A stretch of DNA of 37,664 nt from a virus (Duplodnaviria; Caudoviricetes): positions 1-37,664 of IMG/VR virus record IMGVR_UViG_3300027892_000075; one strand, given 5' to 3'. The position numbers and the translations under genes are program-made. Below are positions 34,262-37,664 of the stretch, in pieces (within the stretch, counting starts at the first letter, position 1; each line of letters begins with the position of its first letter). The notes below the pieces were generated by a model. The model saw nothing but the letters and a program-made list of their open reading frames with translations, did no database searches and was not told the origin of the DNA.

Positions 34262-34630
34262 ATGAACTTAACAGTAGAAAACAATAGAATTACTAGCGTT
34301 ACAGCAACAGATGAAGTAAATGGAACTTGCTTACAAGGTTACATAACTGCTACACGCGAACAATTAGAAACAGTATTTGGCAAGCCGGGCAACGGCGACG
34401 GCGGATACAAGTTTTATTTCAACTGGGGCGCAAAGATCACAGAGCGCGACGGAACCGAAACAATCGCAACTATTTACGATTGGAAGTTCGAGCGCGTAGT
34501 CGGCTTGACCGAAAAGGTAGAATGGAACATAGGCGGCAATTCACGCCTAGCGGTACACCTAATCAACGACATTCTTTGTACTGAACTCAGCCTAAAAGCC
34601 TCTTACACTCAGGCCAGAGCTGCCCGATGA
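34262..34630 (+). CDS. Conserved phage hypothetical protein
   Basis: GTCLQGYI..L..VFGKP, ATIYDWK, WNIGG motifs. Confidence 0.7.
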   Translation: MNLTVENNRITSVTATDEVNGTCLQGYITATREQLETVFGKPGNGDGGYKFYFNWGAKITERDGTETIATIYDWKFERVVGLTEKVEWNIGGNSRLAVHLINDILCTELSLKASYTQARAAR

Positions 34631-34809
34631 ACATGGAACGCAAATACATCATGCGCCGCAGAGTAGCGGCGTTTGCTGCGGCTACATTACTCCTAAGTTT
34701 ATTTACATACGCGACCCGCGATCTTTGCTACGTTGGGCAAACCGGCAACGCATTGGGCTACGGCAGCTGCCAAAAGATGATTGAAGACACAGTTAACGGA
34801 GGTAAATAA
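34627..34809 (+). CDS. Small membrane protein
   Basis: YIMRRRVA followed by a hydrophobic helix. Confidence 0.6.
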   Translation: MNMERKYIMRRRVAAFAAATLLLSLFTYATRDLCYVGQTGNALGYGSCQKMIEDTVNGGK

Positions 34810-35271
34810 ATGGAAATGACAAGAGCAGAGATTGACCTACGCGAGAAGATCGCAGATGAGATTATTGCGGCGGCAGAGATCACCGACGGCAAGTGGGCAA
34901 TGCTGCGCGCAGCTGGCTTAGTACGCCAAAACATTTGGCATAGCAACGCTTGCCCTTGCTCCCGGTGCGCTAAGTTTGAAATAAAGACTTGCTCAAACAT
35001 TAGCGGCGTATACCGCAAGATCACCCGAGAAGAAGTCCAGCAATTCACAGAGATACACAGCATTACTAACGGCGCTTGGGTTTGCGATTGGTGCGCCGGA
35101 AATAACGAATGGCAAATAACAGAGCTTCTCTGGAGCGTTGAAGACGATTTCGCAATAACACCATGCTGCCATACCGAAGCAACAGAGGCGCTAGACCTCC
35201 CGGAGCCAGAAGACGACGGCCAGCGCCAAGAAGATGAACAATCATTCCGCTACTCAGTTACGGGGCGTTAA
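34810..35271 (+). CDS. Hypothetical Cys-rich protein
   Basis: GGAGG RBS; CPCSRC, CDWC, PCC. Confidence 0.65.
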   Translation: MEMTRAEIDLREKIADEIIAAAEITDGKWAMLRAAGLVRQNIWHSNACPCSRCAKFEIKTCSNISGVYRKITREEVQQFTEIHSITNGAWVCDWCAGNNEWQITELLWSVEDDFAITPCCHTEATEALDLPEPEDDGQRQEDEQSFRYSVTGR

Positions 35272-35406
35272 ATGGACAATAGATGGTGCGATAAATGTAC
35301 GGAGTATGTAACAGTAATTGACGGAGAAGAATTAGGCGACATTTGCCCTACTTGTAAAACAGGATTTTACTTAGATTTAAGCATTAACGGGAGGGAAGCC
35401 AAGTGA
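35272..35406 (+). CDS. Small Zn-ribbon protein, 44 aa (not in the ORF track)
   Basis: WCDKC...ICPTC; GTGA overlap with the next gene. Confidence 0.55.
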   Translation: MDNRWCDKCTEYVTVIDGEELGDICPTCKTGFYLDLSINGREAK

Positions 35407-35696
35407 CGCTACGACAAGCAAACACAGAAAACCGGGAATACGACGGCTGGAAGAATTACGCGAGCTGGAACGTCATGTTACACATAGATAACGATTACGG
35501 AATCTATACAGGCGCGGTCAAGTTCATGTCAGATTACAAAGGCAAGCGGCCATACATAGATTTCTGTAAAGACTCAGGATTAGACACCCAGAAAACACCC
35601 GATCGTATAAATTGGATTTCGGCTAAATTGGACTACGAAGCGCTAAACTCGGCGATGTGGGAATTAGCGCCAGAGGGAGCCAGAAGAGTCCAATGA
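35403..35696 (+). CDS. Conserved phage hypothetical protein
   Basis: YDGWKNYASWNV.L.IDND motif; GGAGG RBS. Confidence 0.7.
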   Translation: MTLRQANTENREYDGWKNYASWNVMLHIDNDYGIYTGAVKFMSDYKGKRPYIDFCKDSGLDTQKTPDRINWISAKLDYEALNSAMWELAPEGARRVQ

Positions 35697-35944
35697 AGTA
35701 TGACCCGATCGTTCGAGAGTTTATGATTACCTCTTCTAAATTGCTGCGCAAAGGCGCACGCCGGAAAGACCCAAAACTCATGTGGGCAATTCTGGTAAAC
35801 ATAGAAGGCGTGTTAGAGACTTTCCTACAAGCGGCGGAAGAGCAATACCTAGTTACACAGCTGCGCGAAGACATAAAGAAACGAGAAGAGCAAGAAACAA
35901 AATTCAGGGAAACCGAGCGTCAAAGCGGCAGTTCATTCCGCTAA
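35693..35944 (+). CDS. Hypothetical protein
   Basis: ATGA overlap. Confidence 0.55.
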   Translation: MKYDPIVREFMITSSKLLRKGARRKDPKLMWAILVNIEGVLETFLQAAEEQYLVTQLREDIKKREEQETKFRETERQSGSSFR

Positions 35945-35993
35945 GGCTGGTCATGATGGCAGCCCTATCACGCCTAGCCAGACCTGCGCTCCC

Positions 35994-36035
35994 TTTAGTC
36001 GCCGGGATCTTAAACCTTTCTACCCGGCGGCTAAA
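35994..36035. terminator. 13-bp stem-loop (terminator or structured RNA)
   Basis: TTTAGTCGCCGGG-16 nt-CCCGGCGGCTAAA. Confidence 0.6.
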
Positions 36036-36125
36036 CCTGAAATTACCGATACAATTTAACCAACTATTCGCTATCACCAATCAAAGGGGAACGAAAATGA
36101 ATAGCAACGACAGCATGATTAATAG

Positions 36126-36623
36126 ATGCGCTTACGGCGCGTGGCATTACGGAGAGCAACTCTGCGGGGTTTGCGCGAAAGGGCGGAAGGCCGCTCGATA
36201 ACATTACGGGGTACAGTCCTCTCAGTAGCCTTTATGGTTGGACTTTGCCACTCAATTATTCCCGGAATAGCAGTACCGCTAACCCTAAACCCGGCGCAAG
36301 TCGAGATGACTACGCCAAAAGCCCTAGCGCATAGCGCGGTAATAAAGCAATGGGGCAAGACAAGCGAATACAAGTGCTTAGAGCAGCTGGTACAGCGCGA
36401 GAGCGGCTGGCGCGTAGAGGCGCATAACAAGTCCTCCGGCGCGTTTGGGTTATTCCAATTCCTGCCGGGAACATGGGCTAATTACAAATACCCTTACAAA
36501 CCGAAAGAGGCTAGTATTCAGATCAAAGCCGGGTTACGCTACATAACGAAGCGTTACGGAACACCTTGTAAAGCATGGGCGTTCTGGCAGAGTAACGCGC
36601 AAAAGGGGAACCCTTGGTATTAG
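36126..36623 (+). CDS. Lytic transglycosylase (SLT/lysozyme-like) with N-terminal signal or anchor; start uncertain
   Basis: RESGW, SGAFGLFQFLPGTW, QI.AGLRYI..RYG. Confidence 0.85.
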   Translation: MRLRRVALRRATLRGLRERAEGRSITLRGTVLSVAFMVGLCHSIIPGIAVPLTLNPAQVEMTTPKALAHSAVIKQWGKTSEYKCLEQLVQRESGWRVEAHNKSSGAFGLFQFLPGTWANYKYPYKPKEASIQIKAGLRYITKRYGTPCKAWAFWQSNAQKGNPWY

Positions 36624-36635
36624 CAAAGGATAAAC

Positions 36636-36971
36636 ATGGACAAGAAGATCGTAGCGATTGTCCAGCAACGCGCAGGAGATTATTGCGAGGCGTGCGGCGC
36701 AGCTGCGCAAGAGAGCATGGCGCTACACCATAGAAAACTAAAATCAAGAGGAGGCAAAGATTCACCGGCCAACTTAATTTGGGTACACCATAAATGCCAT
36801 AACTTAGGTACGGACAGTATTCACCTAAACCCGGCTTGGGCGGAAGACAAAGGGTTCATGGTTCCCAGCTGGAAAGAGCCAATAGAGACTCCAATAAGTT
36901 TACCTAACGGCGGATTCGCATTACTATTAGACGACGGAACAAAGAAAATACTAGGAGGAGAAGGCGCATGA
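36636..36971 (+). CDS. HNH endonuclease
   Basis: CEACG, HHRK..SRGG, NL..VHHKCH. Confidence 0.85.
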   Translation: MDKKIVAIVQQRAGDYCEACGAAAQESMALHHRKLKSRGGKDSPANLIWVHHKCHNLGTDSIHLNPAWAEDKGFMVPSWKEPIETPISLPNGGFALLLDDGTKKILGGEGA

Positions 36972-37345
36972 ATAACATTACAACTAAAGGCAACATCGGT
37001 AGCGAGCCAGAGATCAAGTTTGTAGGCGACCTTGCTATTGCCAGCTTCTCGGTTGCGCATACACCGCGCAAGAAAAACAAGAGCACTCAGGCATACGAAG
37101 ACGGAGAGACGATGTGGTATCGCGTCACTTTCTTCGGCACAAAGGCAGAGGGAATAGTAGATAACTACGCTAAAGGCGACTCCGTAATTCTAGTCGGAAT
37201 GCTTGCGCAGAATACCTACACAAACAAAGAAGGCAAGACAGTAACCGGCCTAGAGATCACCGGAACAGAGATCGCAAAAATTGCCAAGAGCCAAGCTGCC
37301 AGAGGCAAGTTTATTGAAGAGAAGATCGAAGCGCCGGCATGGTAA
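36968..37345 (+). CDS. ssb: Single-stranded DNA-binding protein
   Basis: GNIGSEPE, FSVA, TMWYRVTFFG, KGDSV OB-fold motifs; C-terminal APAW. Confidence 0.9.
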   Translation: MNNITTKGNIGSEPEIKFVGDLAIASFSVAHTPRKKNKSTQAYEDGETMWYRVTFFGTKAEGIVDNYAKGDSVILVGMLAQNTYTNKEGKTVTGLEITGTEIAKIAKSQAARGKFIEEKIEAPAW

Positions 37346-37539
37346 TACACGAAGTCGTACTAACTGAGATGAGTTCGCAGCAAGTCGCGGAATACCTAGG
37401 AATAACGATCAACAACCTACGGCAGATTCAGCACCGCAAAACTCTACAATGGAAACGCCGGGAATGGCGAAATGTGTATTACGAGCGCGCAGAAGTAGAG
37501 GCATACAAAATCAAGCGCGACCAGCGTAAGCAACGCTAA
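37339..37539 (+). CDS. Small HTH (MerR/excisionase-like) DNA-binding protein
   Basis: MSSQQVAEYLGITINNLRQ...YERAEVEAY. Confidence 0.7.
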   Translation: MVIHEVVLTEMSSQQVAEYLGITINNLRQIQHRKTLQWKRREWRNVYYERAEVEAYKIKRDQRKQR

Positions 37540-37548
37540 TGTATCCGT

Positions 37549-37664
37549 ATGGCAATAGTCATTACGGAAGAGGCCAGCGTCACCGACATTGACGAGGCCA
37601 TGCGTCACATACAAAGTATGCTGGCGGTTCCGGGCATTGAAAAAAACCGGCGCAATCTTCTATT
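37549..37664 (+). CDS. Hypothetical protein, 3'-truncated
   Basis: ATG at 37549, frame open to the window end. Confidence 0.5.
   Translation, partial: MAIVITEEASVTDIDEAMRHIQSMLAVPGIEKNRRNLL

Noticed and set aside
35945-36096. tRNA gene in the largest intergenic gap
   Set aside because: No cloverleaf or T-loop GTTCRA consensus found by eye.

Overview
Most of the genome of a small (about 38 kb or slightly more) siphovirus, truncated inside a gene at both ends. WhiB, a ReqiPepy6-gp37-like tail protein and a GP88-like gene point to an actinobacterial host. Gene order on the + strand: thymine hypermodification cassette (amino-acid:DNA transferase/aGPT-Pplase2, PLP enzyme, 5hmU-DNA kinase) translationally coupled to TerS, then TerL, portal, MuF head protein fused to an ADP-ribosyltransferase, multi-domain prohead protease/scaffold, major capsid, neck, tail tube, -1 frameshifted tail chaperone, tape measure, tail tip, lysis, a phosphoesterase/DUF6378/GP88 cluster, and recombination/replication/early genes. 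No integrase, DNA polymerase or dUMP hydroxymethylase is visible. Main points of interest: (1) a T-hypermodification pathway joined to the packaging operon with no visible source of 5hmU; (2) a MuF-ART virion toxin with a tiny coupled downstream ORF; (3) a three-copy promoter+hairpin element whose core also recurs in the putative origin; (4) a candidate RNA pseudoknot upstream of the tail chaperone; (5) strong CAGCTG/CCGG enrichment. All family calls come from reading motifs by eye, not from database searches.
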